Of a stretch of 64,000 bases of DNA, positions 21,502 through 32,067 are shown one piece after another; within the stretch, counting starts at the first letter, position 1; each line of letters starts with the position of its first letter. The stretch is taken from NCBI GenBank assembly GCA_024231215.1, contig JAAEQR010000072.1:193210-257209 (forward strand), given 5' to 3'. The position numbers and the translations under genes were made by a program. The notes below the pieces were generated by a model. It was not told where the DNA came from. It saw only the letters and a list, made by a program, of their open reading frames with translations, and ran no database searches. This DNA is from PVC group bacterium. Lineage in GTDB: Bacteria > Omnitrophota > Gorgyraeia > B26-G9.

Positions 21502-22551
21502 ATGAAATTGAACGACTTGGTAAAACAGACGAGTGGTTGGTTAAAAGGTACGGGACCGAACTCTGATATTGTGATTTCAAGTCGTGTGCGGTTAGCGAGA
21601 AATTTGGAAAAGGTAACTTTTTCTAATTGGGCAAATAAGAAACAAAAAGAGCAGGCATTGGGAATTATTAGCCCGGTAGTTAAAGATGTGGATTCGATAA
21701 AAAATAACGGATTGCTGCTGAAAGTTGCAGACATGTCCAATATTGATAAACAGTTTTTGGTGGAACGTCATCTTGTTAGCCGTGAGCATATTACTAATAT
21801 CGAATCGCATGCTGTAGCGATAAGCAATGATGAAACACTTTCGGTAATGATAAACGAGGAAGATCATTTGCGTATTCAGATATTACAGCCGGGTTTGAAT
21901 CTTGATGAATGCTGGAGAAAAAGTGAGCAAATGGATGCTACTTTATCTAAAAAATTAAGTTTTGCGTTTTCTCCTAAATGGGGATATCTCACAGCTTGCC
22001 CGACAAATACGGGCACAGGAATGCGTGCTTCAATAATGCTTCATCTTCCGGCGTTGGTATTGACTAAACAGATTAATCGGGTTATCCAGGCGATTATAAA
22101 ACTTGGATTAACTGTCCGTGGACTCTTTGGAGAGGGCACAGAAGCTGCGGGAAATTTCTTCCAGATTTCTAACCAGGTGTCTTTAGGGCGAAGTGAAGAA
22201 GAAATAGTTGATAATATAAAGCGGATTATCAGGCAGGTATTGGAATATGAACAGAATGCGCGCAAAGCTTTAATTACCCAGAATAAAAGCGGATTGTCGG
22301 ATCAGGTTTGGCGTTCATACGGAATATTAAAAAACGCGCATATTATATCAAGTTCAGAGACTATAGAATTGTTGTCCAATGTGCGATTAGGGATAGACCT
22401 GGGATTGATTAAGGGATTAACAACAAAGGTAATAAATGAATTATTTATATTTACCCAGCCGGCTCATTTACAGAAGCTGGAAAATAAAGTTTTAAATTCG
22501 CAACAAAGGGATATTAAGAGAGCAGAATTGATTAGAGAGAAAATAAAATAG
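21502..22551 (+). CDS. mcsB: Protein arginine kinase McsB (ATP:guanido phosphotransferase family)
   Basis: The CPTNTGTGMRAS active-site loop of phosphagen-kinase-like proteins, in the mcsA-mcsB-clpC context. Confidence 0.85.
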   Translation: MKLNDLVKQTSGWLKGTGPNSDIVISSRVRLARNLEKVTFSNWANKKQKEQALGIISPVVKDVDSIKNNGLLLKVADMSNIDKQFLVERHLVSREHITNIESHAVAISNDETLSVMINEEDHLRIQILQPGLNLDECWRKSEQMDATLSKKLSFAFSPKWGYLTACPTNTGTGMRASIMLHLPALVLTKQINRVIQAIIKLGLTVRGLFGEGTEAAGNFFQISNQVSLGRSEEEIVDNIKRIIRQVLEYEQNARKALITQNKSGLSDQVWRSYGILKNAHIISSSETIELLSNVRLGIDLGLIKGLTTKVINELFIFTQPAHLQKLENKVLNSQQRDIKRAELIREKIK

Positions 22552-22565
22552 GAGGAAATAATATT

Positions 22566-25001
22566 ATGTTTGATCGTTTTACAGAGCGAGCACGGAAGGT
22601 AATTCTGTTGGCAAAAGAAGAAGCCAAACGTTTTAACCATGATTATATTGGGACCGAACATATGCTGCTTGGTCTGATCAAAGAAGGCGAAGGAGTTGCG
22701 GCTGCGGTATTGCAGAACTTAGGGCTTAATCTCGATATGATTCGTTTAGAGGTCGAAAAGCTGGTTCAGCCGGGACCAAGTACGGTTACCTCAGGGGATA
22801 TTCCCTTTACACCTAAGGCGAAAAAAGTAATTGAATTATCAATGGATGAAGCGCGTAACTTAGGCCACAACTATATTGGAACAGAACATTTACTTTTAGG
22901 GTTAATTCGTGAAAACGAAGGAGTAGCTTCACAGGTGCTTTTGAATTTAGGTCTTGATTTAAATAAAGTACGTAAAGAAATAATGGAGCTTTTGGGTACA
23001 ACCTCAGCGGCGTATGATAATAACCAGGCTGCAGCTGTTCCGGGGAAGGCTAAAACACCGGCTTTGGACGCTTTTGGCCGTGATCTTACGAAATTAGCAA
23101 TAGATGGAAAACTGGATCCGGTTATCGGCAGGTCTATGGAAATTGAGAGGGTTATTAGAATATTAAGCCGTAGAACAAAGAATAATCCCGTACTTTTGGG
23201 AGAAGCCGGAGTGGGTAAAACAGCTATTGTGGAAGGTCTTGCGCAAAAAATCATCAGTGGTGATGTGCCGGAAGTTCTTAGGGACAAAAGACTGGTGGTT
23301 CTGGATTTAGCGCTTATGGTTGCCGGGACAAAATATCGCGGACAATTTGAAGAACGGATTAAAGCGGTTATGGATGAAATTAAGCGTTCGGAAAACGTTA
23401 TGATCTTTATTGATGAATTACATACACTTGTCGGAGCTGGCGGTGCTGAAGGTGCAATCGACGCATCGAATATATTGAAGCCGGCTTTAGCTAGAGGGGA
23501 AATCCAGTGTATCGGAGCAACTACGATTGATGAATATAGAAAACACATTGAAAAAGACGCGGCATTAGAACGTCGTTTTCAGACGATTATGGTAGAACCG
23601 CCGACCATCGCCCAGACGGTTGAAATTTTAAAAGGGTTACGTGATAAATATGAAGCACATCACCGTGTGAAATATTCTGATATTGCTTTGGAAGCAGCGG
23701 CAAAATTATCGGAACGATATATAAGCGGTAGATTTCTGCCGGATAAGGCTGTAGATATTATTGATGAGGCTGGGTCTCGGGCACGTTTGATGGTTATGAC
23801 TGCACCGCCTGATCTAAAAGATTTAGAAAATAAGATAGAAGATTTACGTAAAGAAAAAGAAGCTTCGGTTAAAGCTCAGGATTTTGAAAAAGCGGCTTCG
23901 TATCGTGATCAGGAAAGAGAATCACGCGGCGAATTGGACAAAATACGTAAAAGCTGGAAAGAAAGCCGCATGGAAATGAGTGTGGAGGTAATGGAAGAGG
24001 ATATTGCCGAAATAGTTTCGCAGTGGACCGGAGTGCCGATTGCTCGTTTGGAAGAAAAGGAAACTGAAAAATTACTTAAAATGGAAGATGAACTACATAC
24101 TCGTGTGGTAGGGCAGAATGAAGCGATTACTGCGATTACCCATGCGGTAAGGCGTTCCAGGGCTGGATTAAAAAGCGCAAAACGTCCGATCGGTTCGTTT
24201 ATCTTTTTAGGGCCGACTGGTGTGGGTAAGACACTTTTAGGTAAAGCATTAGCTGAATTTTTATTTGGAGATGTTGATGCTGTAATCCAGATCGATATGT
24301 CTGAATATATGGAAAAATTCAATGTTTCCCGGTTAGTAGGTGCTCCTCCGGGATATGTTGGGTATGAAGAAGGCGGCCAGCTTACGGAAAAGGTGAGACG
24401 ACGTCCTTATTCGGTAATTCTTTTGGATGAAATTGAAAAAGCACATCCGGATGTATTTAATCTGTTGCTGCAGGTATTGGAAGAAGGTCGTCTTACGGAT
24501 AGTTTTGGGCGTAAAGTTGATTTCCGTAACACAGTACTGATCATGACTTCTAATATTGGAGCGGATCTTTTGCGTAAACAAGGATCACTTGGATTTAAAC
24601 CTCAGGAAGATGAGATGAATTATCAGTCCATGAAATCCAAATTGATGGATGAGGTCAAAAAAGTATTTAAACCTGAGTTTGTAAATCGTGTAGATGACCT
24701 AATTGTTTTCAGACCGTTAACTAAAAATGATTTGTATAAAATCATTGAGATAGAAATGAAAGAAGTTCAGGCTCAGCTTAGCGAGCAGGAAATAACTATA
24801 GAGCTGGATCAGGATGCTAAAGATATGCTTATTACTAAAGGGTTTGACCAGCTTTACGGGGCTCGTCCGTTAAAGAGGACAATACAAAGATATTTGGAAA
24901 ATTCTCTAGCAGAAGCTATTATTTCCGGTAAGGTAGATAAAACTAAACCAATTAAGATTCATGCGGATAAAGAAAAAGAAAATCTGGTGTTTAGCAGTTA
25001 A
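22566..25001 (+). CDS. clpC: ATP-dependent Clp protease ATP-binding subunit ClpC
   Basis: Two Clp_N repeats, two AAA+ modules (GEAGVGKT, GPTGVGKT), and a UVR-like linker. Confidence 0.95.
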   Translation: MFDRFTERARKVILLAKEEAKRFNHDYIGTEHMLLGLIKEGEGVAAAVLQNLGLNLDMIRLEVEKLVQPGPSTVTSGDIPFTPKAKKVIELSMDEARNLGHNYIGTEHLLLGLIRENEGVASQVLLNLGLDLNKVRKEIMELLGTTSAAYDNNQAAAVPGKAKTPALDAFGRDLTKLAIDGKLDPVIGRSMEIERVIRILSRRTKNNPVLLGEAGVGKTAIVEGLAQKIISGDVPEVLRDKRLVVLDLALMVAGTKYRGQFEERIKAVMDEIKRSENVMIFIDELHTLVGAGGAEGAIDASNILKPALARGEIQCIGATTIDEYRKHIEKDAALERRFQTIMVEPPTIAQTVEILKGLRDKYEAHHRVKYSDIALEAAAKLSERYISGRFLPDKAVDIIDEAGSRARLMVMTAPPDLKDLENKIEDLRKEKEASVKAQDFEKAASYRDQERESRGELDKIRKSWKESRMEMSVEVMEEDIAEIVSQWTGVPIARLEEKETEKLLKMEDELHTRVVGQNEAITAITHAVRRSRAGLKSAKRPIGSFIFLGPTGVGKTLLGKALAEFLFGDVDAVIQIDMSEYMEKFNVSRLVGAPPGYVGYEEGGQLTEKVRRRPYSVILLDEIEKAHPDVFNLLLQVLEEGRLTDSFGRKVDFRNTVLIMTSNIGADLLRKQGSLGFKPQEDEMNYQSMKSKLMDEVKKVFKPEFVNRVDDLIVFRPLTKNDLYKIIEIEMKEVQAQLSEQEITIELDQDAKDMLITKGFDQLYGARPLKRTIQRYLENSLAEAIISGKVDKTKPIKIHADKEKENLVFSS

Positions 25002-25037
25002 TAATGATGAATTAGTAATAGCATATAGGGGGAGATA

Positions 25038-25817
25038 ATGCATCGTCGGCTATTATCGCCATATACAAAATTTGATAAATTTGTTGTCTATGTAGGTGGA
25101 CTGACCATGTTGTTTTTACGTACGATTACATGGGCGGTAAGGCCTCCGTTTAAGAAAAAAGAACTACTTTACCAGATGAAGAAGACCGGGGTAGACAGCA
25201 TTTCCATTGTATTTTTAACTGCGTTTTTTACCGGGATTGTACTTGCTTTTCAGTCAGCCTATACTATGCGACAGATGTCGGCGGAAATCTATATAGCAAG
25301 TTTAGTTGCGCTTTCTATGACCAGGGAATTAGGACCGGTACTTACGGCTTTAGTTGTTGCGGCACGTGTAGGAGCTTCGATAACCGCAGAAGTTGGTACA
25401 ATGAAGGTTACTGAGCAAATAGATGCATTGGAAACAATGGGGACTAATCCCATAAAATATCTGGTAGTTCCGCGTTTTTTAGCTTTGGCTATGATGTTGC
25501 CGTTGTTGACTATATATGCGGATTTTGTTGGGATGGCTGGTGGTTTACTTGTTGGGGTTTCAAAACTTCATTTGGCGCCAACCCTATATATGAAAAAAAC
25601 ATTTGATGCCTTGGTATACAAAGATCTTTATACCGGTCTTTTGAAATCTGTAGTGTTTGCAGGTATTATATCTATTGTAGCTTGTTATGAAGGAATGCGA
25701 ACTCGCGGCGGAGCCGAAGGGGTTGGAAAGTCAACAACACTTTCGGTAGTTATTTCCTGTGTTCTTGTAATTAGCTTTGACTGTTTTTTTACCGCGCTTT
25801 TTTACTTTATGTTCTGA
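25038..25817 (+). CDS. mlaE: Mla-type ABC transporter permease (MlaE family)
   Basis: 259 aa, multi-TM, with the MlaE-like conserved block ...ELGPVLTALVVAARVGASITAEVGTMKVTEQIDALETMG. Confidence 0.85.
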   Translation: MHRRLLSPYTKFDKFVVYVGGLTMLFLRTITWAVRPPFKKKELLYQMKKTGVDSISIVFLTAFFTGIVLAFQSAYTMRQMSAEIYIASLVALSMTRELGPVLTALVVAARVGASITAEVGTMKVTEQIDALETMGTNPIKYLVVPRFLALAMMLPLLTIYADFVGMAGGLLVGVSKLHLAPTLYMKKTFDALVYKDLYTGLLKSVVFAGIISIVACYEGMRTRGGAEGVGKSTTLSVVISCVLVISFDCFFTALFYFMF

Positions 25818-25824
25818 GGGAATT

Positions 25825-26589
25825 ATGATTAAAATACATAACCTACATAAATCTTTTGACGGCCAGCAGGTTTTAAAGGGCTTGGATTTGAATATCCAAA
25901 AAGGGGAAACGATTGTAATTATCGGTCGTTCCGGTTGCGGTAAGAGCGTATTACTTAAACACATGATTGGTTTAATGGATCCGGATAAAGGAAAGGTTTT
26001 TGTAGATAATCAAAATGTAGCAGATTTAAGGGGCAAGGCTTTGGATATGTTACGCATGAAATTCGGAATGTTGTTTCAGGGGGCTGCGCTGTTTGATTCA
26101 CTAGATGTTTATGGCAACGTAGGTTTTTCACTGATTGAGCATACTGATATGAAGAAAAAACAAATTTGCGACCGAGTACGACAAGCATTAGAGAGTGTTG
26201 ATTTAACGGATGTAGAGAATAAACGTCCGGCAGAACTAAGCGGGGGAATGAAGAAAAGAGTTGGCTTGGCTCGGGCTATTTGCAATAATCCACAGATAAT
26301 ACTTTATGATGAGCCGACAACAGGCTTGGATCCGATAATGGCGGATATGATTAACGATTTGATTGTTCGTTTGCATAAGCAACTGAAGGTTACTTCTGTG
26401 GTGGTTACACATGATATGACTTCAGCGTATAAAGTTGGAACAAAGATTGCGATGCTTTATGATGGGCGGATTATTGCTCAAGGTCCTCCGGAAGAAATAA
26501 AGAATACAAAAGATCCTATTGTACGGCAATTTATAACCGGGGCGGCAAGCGGTCCGATAACAAATAATCGGAATTATAATTACAAATAA
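25825..26589 (+). CDS. mlaF: Mla-type ABC transporter ATP-binding protein (MlaF family)
   Basis: Walker A GRSGCGKS, signature LSGGMKKRVGLARA, Walker B ILYDEPTTGLD. The ATG at 25825 is chosen over the overlapping extension from 25777. Confidence 0.85.
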   Translation: MIKIHNLHKSFDGQQVLKGLDLNIQKGETIVIIGRSGCGKSVLLKHMIGLMDPDKGKVFVDNQNVADLRGKALDMLRMKFGMLFQGAALFDSLDVYGNVGFSLIEHTDMKKKQICDRVRQALESVDLTDVENKRPAELSGGMKKRVGLARAICNNPQIILYDEPTTGLDPIMADMINDLIVRLHKQLKVTSVVVTHDMTSAYKVGTKIAMLYDGRIIAQGPPEEIKNTKDPIVRQFITGAASGPITNNRNYNYK

Positions 26590-26622
26590 TGTTTATACTT
26601 TTACACAGGGGGAATAACGGAT

Positions 26623-27441
26623 ATGAGTACTGAATTTAAAGTAGGAATATTTGTTTTGCTGGCGATAATTGTATTATCGTTTATTGTTTTTAAAATCGGC
26701 GGACCGGATATCTTTAATACAAATAGATATCAATTAGATGTGGTCTTTGATTTTGTAAACGGGATTGGAATGGATGCTCCGGTTCATGTTGCCGGGGTTA
26801 AAGTAGGTAAAGTCGAAACTGTAGAGATATTCTATAGCCCCCAGACTCAAAAGACTCAGGTAAAGCTGCAGTTTTTAGTTAATAATAATGTTAAGATTCC
26901 GATAGACTCAGTTGCTTATATTAACAGCCTCGGGATTCTAGGTGAGAAATATGTAGAGATTGTACCCGGGGAAAACAGGACTGATTTCTTAGCCGATGGA
27001 GATACAATTATCGGTAATAATCCGGTACAGCTGGAAAAATTAACCGAATCCTTGGTCGATATCGTGGGAGATCAGACAGTAAGAGATTCTCTAAAGCAGA
27101 GTTTTTCGAATGTTCGTCAGGCGACCGATAATTTACTTGCGGTTAGTATAACGCTTAATGAAGTAGCAGATGAGGTTAAGAACGGGCAGGGAACGATAGG
27201 AAGATTTATAAATGATGATTCTATTTATATGGAAACAGAGAAGATGGTAATCAATTTAAATGAAAAGCTAGAGAAGACAATCACTGATCTTAATTTGCAG
27301 CTTAATGCATTAATTCAGGATTTAAAGAGTCATCCCTGGAAATTGCTACATAAGCCCAAGACGCCTAAGAAAAAGAAGTCTTCAAAAGAGAAGAAAAAAA
27401 TTAAAACTACAAACAATAGCGGAGTTCTTTATCAAAACTAA
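26623..27441 (+). CDS. mlaD: MCE-domain substrate-binding protein (MlaD family)
   Basis: N-terminal TM anchor and the MCE domain GMDAPVHVAGVKVGKVETVEI..., in the mlaE-mlaF-mlaD order. Confidence 0.8.
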   Translation: MSTEFKVGIFVLLAIIVLSFIVFKIGGPDIFNTNRYQLDVVFDFVNGIGMDAPVHVAGVKVGKVETVEIFYSPQTQKTQVKLQFLVNNNVKIPIDSVAYINSLGILGEKYVEIVPGENRTDFLADGDTIIGNNPVQLEKLTESLVDIVGDQTVRDSLKQSFSNVRQATDNLLAVSITLNEVADEVKNGQGTIGRFINDDSIYMETEKMVINLNEKLEKTITDLNLQLNALIQDLKSHPWKLLHKPKTPKKKKSSKEKKKIKTTNNSGVLYQN

Positions 27442-28814
27442 TGAAAACGAAAGCAGTATTTGTTTGTCAAGAATGCGGGCATACCTCAGCTAAATGGTTA
27501 GGAAAATGTCCTGAATGTAATAACTGGAATTCTTTGGTGGAAGAATTTAATACTACTGTTAAGTCCCGTGATCGGGGATTTCGGTTAGAGGCTCTTTCCA
27601 AACCGAAACGTCTTTTGGATATTACGGTAAAGAATGAAGTCAGGACAACCACAGATATCCAAGAATTGGACCATGTTTTAGGCGGCGGGATAGTTGAAGG
27701 TTCCGTGGTTTTGGTTGGAGGAGCTCCGGGTATCGGGAAATCTACATTGCTTTTGCAGGTTTGCAGTGCTTTAAGCCAAAAAGGCAAAAAAGTTCTATAT
27801 ATTAGTGCTGAAGAATCAGGCCAGCAGACTAAACTACGTGCAGAACGTTTAGGAGCTGTTGGCAGTGAATTATATATTGTTTCCGAAACAAATCTTGATG
27901 TTATTTTAGGGCATATTAAGAAAGTTTCTCCGGATATAGTTGTTATTGATTCGATTCAGGTTCTTTATTTAGATGATATTTCAAGTGCAGCAGGAAGTGT
28001 GAGTCAGGTAAGGGAATGTGCTGGGAAACTTACGATTCTAGCTAAGCATTCCGGTATTTCTGTTTTTCTGGTTGGGCATGTTACAAAAGAAGGGTCTCTT
28101 GCCGGTCCCCGTGTATTAGAACATTTGGTGGATTGTGTGCTTTATTTTGAAGGAGAAAGCCAAACCAGTTTCAGAATATTGCGTGCTATAAAAAATCGAT
28201 TTGGATCGACAAATGAAATTGGTATCTTTGAAATGACTGCGAGTGGGTTACTTGATGTCGAGAATCCTTCTCAGATGTTTTTGACCGAAAGGCCCGAGCA
28301 GACATCAGGCTCAGCCGTAACTGCAACCATGGAAGGCACGAGGCCTTTACTTGTAGAGATACAGGCTTTGGTCAGCCAGACAAGTTTTGGACTGCCGCGT
28401 AGACGTACAACAGGTATTGATTTTAACAGGGCTACTCTTTTAACGGCAGTACTGGAAAAGCGAGCTCATTTAGCTTTGCAGAACCAGGATATTTTTATTA
28501 ATGTTGCCGGCGGGGTGAAGATCGTTGAACCGGCAGCGGATTTAGCGGTGATTTGCGCAATTGCTTCCGGGTTCCGGGAAAAAGATATATCTTCTGGTGA
28601 TGTGGTTTTTGGAGAGGTCGGGCTTGGCGGTGAAATAAGAGCTGTGGCTCAGGCACATCTACGGATTAACGAAGCTAAAAAATTAGGATTTAAACGGGTT
28701 ATTTTACCAAAGAATAATTTAAATAACTTAGAAGAAAAATTTAAAAAAAGTGGAATTACTTTGATTGGTGTTTCTACGGTAAAAGAAGCACTCGATATTA
28801 TATTTGATAATTAA
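27441..28814 (+). CDS. radA: DNA repair protein RadA/Sms
   Basis: N-terminal zinc ribbon CQECGHTSAKWLGKCPECNNW, RecA-like Walker A GAPGIGKST, KNRFG motif, and a C-terminal Lon-like domain. Confidence 0.95.
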   Translation: MKTKAVFVCQECGHTSAKWLGKCPECNNWNSLVEEFNTTVKSRDRGFRLEALSKPKRLLDITVKNEVRTTTDIQELDHVLGGGIVEGSVVLVGGAPGIGKSTLLLQVCSALSQKGKKVLYISAEESGQQTKLRAERLGAVGSELYIVSETNLDVILGHIKKVSPDIVVIDSIQVLYLDDISSAAGSVSQVRECAGKLTILAKHSGISVFLVGHVTKEGSLAGPRVLEHLVDCVLYFEGESQTSFRILRAIKNRFGSTNEIGIFEMTASGLLDVENPSQMFLTERPEQTSGSAVTATMEGTRPLLVEIQALVSQTSFGLPRRRTTGIDFNRATLLTAVLEKRAHLALQNQDIFINVAGGVKIVEPAADLAVICAIASGFREKDISSGDVVFGEVGLGGEIRAVAQAHLRINEAKKLGFKRVILPKNNLNNLEEKFKKSGITLIGVSTVKEALDIIFDN

Positions 28815-28914
28815 AACGGACCCGCCAATTATGGCGAGGTTCAATTCACACTGTGATTTGTGTTGGTTCATTGCATCCCATAAATCACGTGTTCATTGAA
28901 GGAGGTATAGAAAC

Positions 28915-29955
28915 ATGACTATATTGTTTGTGCGTACATTTTTTGTTTTAATCAGTGTACTTGTAGGATATCAAATCGGATCATTATTAGGTGGCGGGGA
29001 AACCAATGGTGCGACTATTGGTTTATTCGCCGGATTAGGTATTAGTTTGGGGATTATTTTGATTGAGCGCGGTATGCGTCGTATTTCCGTAAGAGGACTC
29101 TCAAGTGCTGTGTTTGGTTTGATTTTCGGATTGTTAGCGGCGAAATTGCTTACAGACTCTTTTATCTTACTGCCGGTAGATGAATCAACCGCACGTACTA
29201 TGCGTGTGATTTTTACTTTAATTCTTTGTTACTTAGGAATGATCGTAGCGATCAGAGGACGTGATGAGTTTAATCTCATTATTCCATATGTAAAACTTAC
29301 ACGCCATGACCAGGTGCAGGAAAATATAGTTTTAGATACGAGTGTGATCATTGATGGTAGAATAAGCGATCTTTGTCAGACAAAATTTGTGGAAGGCCGT
29401 TTAATTATTTCCCGTTTTGTGTTAAAAGAATTACAGCAGATCGCGGATTCTGCAGATCCATTGAAAAGAAATAGAGGGCGTCGCGGACTTGATATTTTAA
29501 ATAAATTACAGAAGAACAGCAAGATTGTAGTTAAAATACATGATGAAGATTTTCCGGAGATTACCGAAGTAGACGCTAAGCTGGTAAAACTGGCTAAAGT
29601 GTTAGATGGCAAGGTTTTCACCAATGATTATAATCTAAATAAAGTGGCGGAATTAGAAGGTGTAGCTGTACTGAACATAAATGAATTGGCAAACGCGTTA
29701 AAGCCGATTGTTCTCCCCGGAGAAATTATGGAAGTAAAGATAGTTAAAGATGGGAAGGAACATAATCAGGGGGTGGCTTATCTTGATGATGGGACAATGG
29801 TTGTGGTTGAGGAAGGCCGTAAACTTATCGGTCAGACGATTCAGGCAACAGTTACCAGTGTGCTGCAGACTTCCGCAGGAAGAATGATCTTTGCGAAGAA
29901 CGATAATAACGATGTAAATAATAAGCAGGACAAGAACCGTTACCCAAAAAAATAA
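28915..29955 (+). CDS. yacL: PIN/TRAM domain membrane protein (YacL family)
   Basis: N-terminal TM helices, a PIN domain (VLDTSVIIDGR...FTNDYNLNKVA) and a C-terminal TRAM-like beta domain. Sits between radA and ispD as in Bacillus. Confidence 0.75.
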   Translation: MTILFVRTFFVLISVLVGYQIGSLLGGGETNGATIGLFAGLGISLGIILIERGMRRISVRGLSSAVFGLIFGLLAAKLLTDSFILLPVDESTARTMRVIFTLILCYLGMIVAIRGRDEFNLIIPYVKLTRHDQVQENIVLDTSVIIDGRISDLCQTKFVEGRLIISRFVLKELQQIADSADPLKRNRGRRGLDILNKLQKNSKIVVKIHDEDFPEITEVDAKLVKLAKVLDGKVFTNDYNLNKVAELEGVAVLNINELANALKPIVLPGEIMEVKIVKDGKEHNQGVAYLDDGTMVVVEEGRKLIGQTIQATVTSVLQTSAGRMIFAKNDNNDVNNKQDKNRYPKK

Positions 29956-30635
29956 TGAAAATAACTGCTATTGTACCTGCTGCCGGTTCCGGGCAGCGAT
30001 TAGGTTGTAAAACACCAAAGCCTTATTTGAGATTGGCAGATAAACCGCTTTTGGCGCATACCTTGTCTGCATTGCAAAGATCTAAATTAATAAACGAGAT
30101 TATAATTGCTGCAGAACCTCAGCATATTCAGCGGGCTAAAAATGTGGTTCGAGGGTTTGATATCCTTAAGGTCAAGGCGGTTATTGCCGGAGGATGTACC
30201 CGTAGTGAATCTGTGCGTAATGGATTAAATGTATTAGATAAAGATACTGATTTTGTGCTTATCCATGACGCGGCACGTCCGTTTATCAGCGTAGATATTA
30301 TTGATAAGTGTATAAAGGCAGCAATTAAAAATAAAGCGGCAGTGTGTGCGGTAAGGTGTTCTTCAACCATAAAGTCTGCGGACAAATTGCTTAATGTAAC
30401 TGCTACTTTAGACCGCAATAAATTGTGGACAGTTCAGACTCCCCAGGTTTTTTCTTATGCGTTATTAGCAAAGGCCTATAAGAAGGTTGCTTTGAAAAAG
30501 TCCGGGTTTTTTGATGATGCGTCATTGATTGAGCAGATGGGGCATAAAGTTAAGATTGTAGAAGGATCAGATTTAAATATAAAGATTACAACGAAAGAAG
30601 ATTTAAAAATAGCGAAATTGCTAGAGCAATTATAA
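29955..30635 (+). CDS. ispD: 2-C-methyl-D-erythritol 4-phosphate cytidylyltransferase
   Basis: AIVPAAGSGQRLG N-terminal nucleotide-binding loop and IHDAARPF motif. Confidence 0.9.
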   Translation: MKITAIVPAAGSGQRLGCKTPKPYLRLADKPLLAHTLSALQRSKLINEIIIAAEPQHIQRAKNVVRGFDILKVKAVIAGGCTRSESVRNGLNVLDKDTDFVLIHDAARPFISVDIIDKCIKAAIKNKAAVCAVRCSSTIKSADKLLNVTATLDRNKLWTVQTPQVFSYALLAKAYKKVALKKSGFFDDASLIEQMGHKVKIVEGSDLNIKITTKEDLKIAKLLEQL

Positions 30636-30770
30636 ATGGCTGATAGCTCATAGCTGATGGCTAATAGGGTAAAACAAAAGAAGAAAGAATAGAAATAAAT
30701 AGGGATATTGACATTTTTTAACTATTGACTATAGGCTATAAACTATAGACTAAATTGGAGAGATTTTAAT

Positions 30771-31238
30771 ATGAGAATTGGTTTAGGTCATGATCTTCAT
30801 CAGCTGGTAGAAGGCCGGAAGCTTTTTTTAGGGGGCATAGAGATAGCTTCTGATAAAGGCTTGTTAGGGCATTCAGATGCAGATGTTTTACTGCATGCAG
30901 TATGCGATGCAATGCTTGGCGCGGCCGGGCTGGGTGATATCGGAGAGCATTTTCCGGACACAGATCCGAAATTCAAGGATATATCTAGTGTGGTTTTGTT
31001 ACGACAAGTTTATCAGCTGGTTGGAGGCAAGGGGCATCAGATTGAAAATATTGATTGTACGATTTTTTCCGAAGCAATAAAAATTGCACCATATAAGGTT
31101 CAGATAAGAGAAAATATAAGCGACATACTTTGTATTCCTACAGAACGAATTAACATTAAAGCTAAAACGAACGAAAAACTTGGCCCAATAGGTGAGGGCA
31201 AAGCAATTGCCGCGTCTTGTGCGGTATTATTAACCTAA
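30771..31238 (+). CDS. ispF: 2-C-methyl-D-erythritol 2,4-cyclodiphosphate synthase
   Basis: [12 protein letters not shown]...[15 protein letters not shown] metal-binding motif. 155 aa. Confidence 0.9.
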   Translation: MRIGLGHDLHQLVEGRKLFLGGIEIASDKGLLGHSDADVLLHAVCDAMLGAAGLGDIGEHFPDTDPKFKDISSVVLLRQVYQLVGGKGHQIENIDCTIFSEAIKIAPYKVQIRENISDILCIPTERINIKAKTNEKLGPIGEGKAIAASCAVLLT

Positions 31239-31248
31239 GGAGAGAGAA

Positions 31249-31926
31249 ATGTGTGTGGATATCCTATTGTTTATCCTGATATTTTTTGTGGTAAGTATTG
31301 CATTGATAAGTTTGACGTTTAAAGATGAAATAAAGTCGACTCGGAATCGTGATCCCGCAGCCACAAATATTTTAGAGATATTACTGACTTATGCTGGACT
31401 ACATGCAATTATTTTGCATAGGATTGCACATTTTTTGAATCGGTTAAGATTGCCTTTTTTCCCGCGCTGGTTATCCCAGTTCAACCGTTGGTTTACAGGC
31501 ATAGAAATTCATCCTGCGGCACAGATTGGCAAAGGGCTATTTATTGACCATGGCATGGGTGTGGTTATCGGGGAAACCACAGTTGTTGGAGATAATGTTA
31601 CTTTATACCAGGGTGTTACTCTGGGTGGGACGGGCAAGGAACAAGGAAAACGTCATCCTAATATCGGAAATAATGTAGTGATTGGTGCCGGAGCGAAGAT
31701 ACTGGGTAATATTACGATTGGTGATAATTCTTATGTCGGAGCTAATGCTGTGGTAATTAAAGATGTTCCTGAGAACTCTACGGTTGTTGGTGTTCCCGGC
31801 CGAATTACCAAGCAGGCCGGGGAAAAGATTGAAACAGAGCTGGATCACATCCATGTACTTGATCCTTTGATGCAGACAATAGAGCAGTTGCAGAAGAGAC
31901 TTGATAGTTTAGAGAAACGAAAATAA
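31249..31926 (+). CDS. cysE: Serine O-acetyltransferase
   Basis: SAT N-terminal helices, then hexapeptide repeats ([44 protein letters not shown]). Confidence 0.85.
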   Translation: MCVDILLFILIFFVVSIALISLTFKDEIKSTRNRDPAATNILEILLTYAGLHAIILHRIAHFLNRLRLPFFPRWLSQFNRWFTGIEIHPAAQIGKGLFIDHGMGVVIGETTVVGDNVTLYQGVTLGGTGKEQGKRHPNIGNNVVIGAGAKILGNITIGDNSYVGANAVVIKDVPENSTVVGVPGRITKQAGEKIETELDHIHVLDPLMQTIEQLQKRLDSLEKRK

Positions 31927-32067
31927 TAAATTCTTGATACAGCAAACTTTTTGTATTACATACGATTTTTTCATCGAAATCAGCAGGCTACGCCCCCTTG
32001 CCTTCGGCAGGGGACTATTTCTCTTCAAAAATTGCATGTAATCCAAAATAACTTGGATAATAAAATT

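Noticed and set aside
22871-23548. 225-aa minus-strand ORF inside clpC.
   Set aside because: It is antisense to a strongly supported AAA+ coding frame and its translation is Ser/Pro-rich. It is a typical shadow ORF.
28815-28914. Possible CtsR operator upstream of yacL or in the radA-yacL spacer.
   Set aside because: Direct repeats (gttcattg x2) and a partial palindrome are present, but there is no GGTCAAA-N-GGTCAAA heptad repeat, and no ctsR gene in the window.
30877-31080. 67-aa alternative-frame ORF within ispF.
   Set aside because: It is embedded in the well-supported ispF frame.
31951-32067. Extended cysS start at 31951 given by the ORF track.
   Set aside because: The extra 39 residues (MYYIRFFHRNQ...) are not CysRS-like and cover the GC hairpin. 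The ATG at 32068 precedes the conserved N-terminus MSIKIYNSLT.
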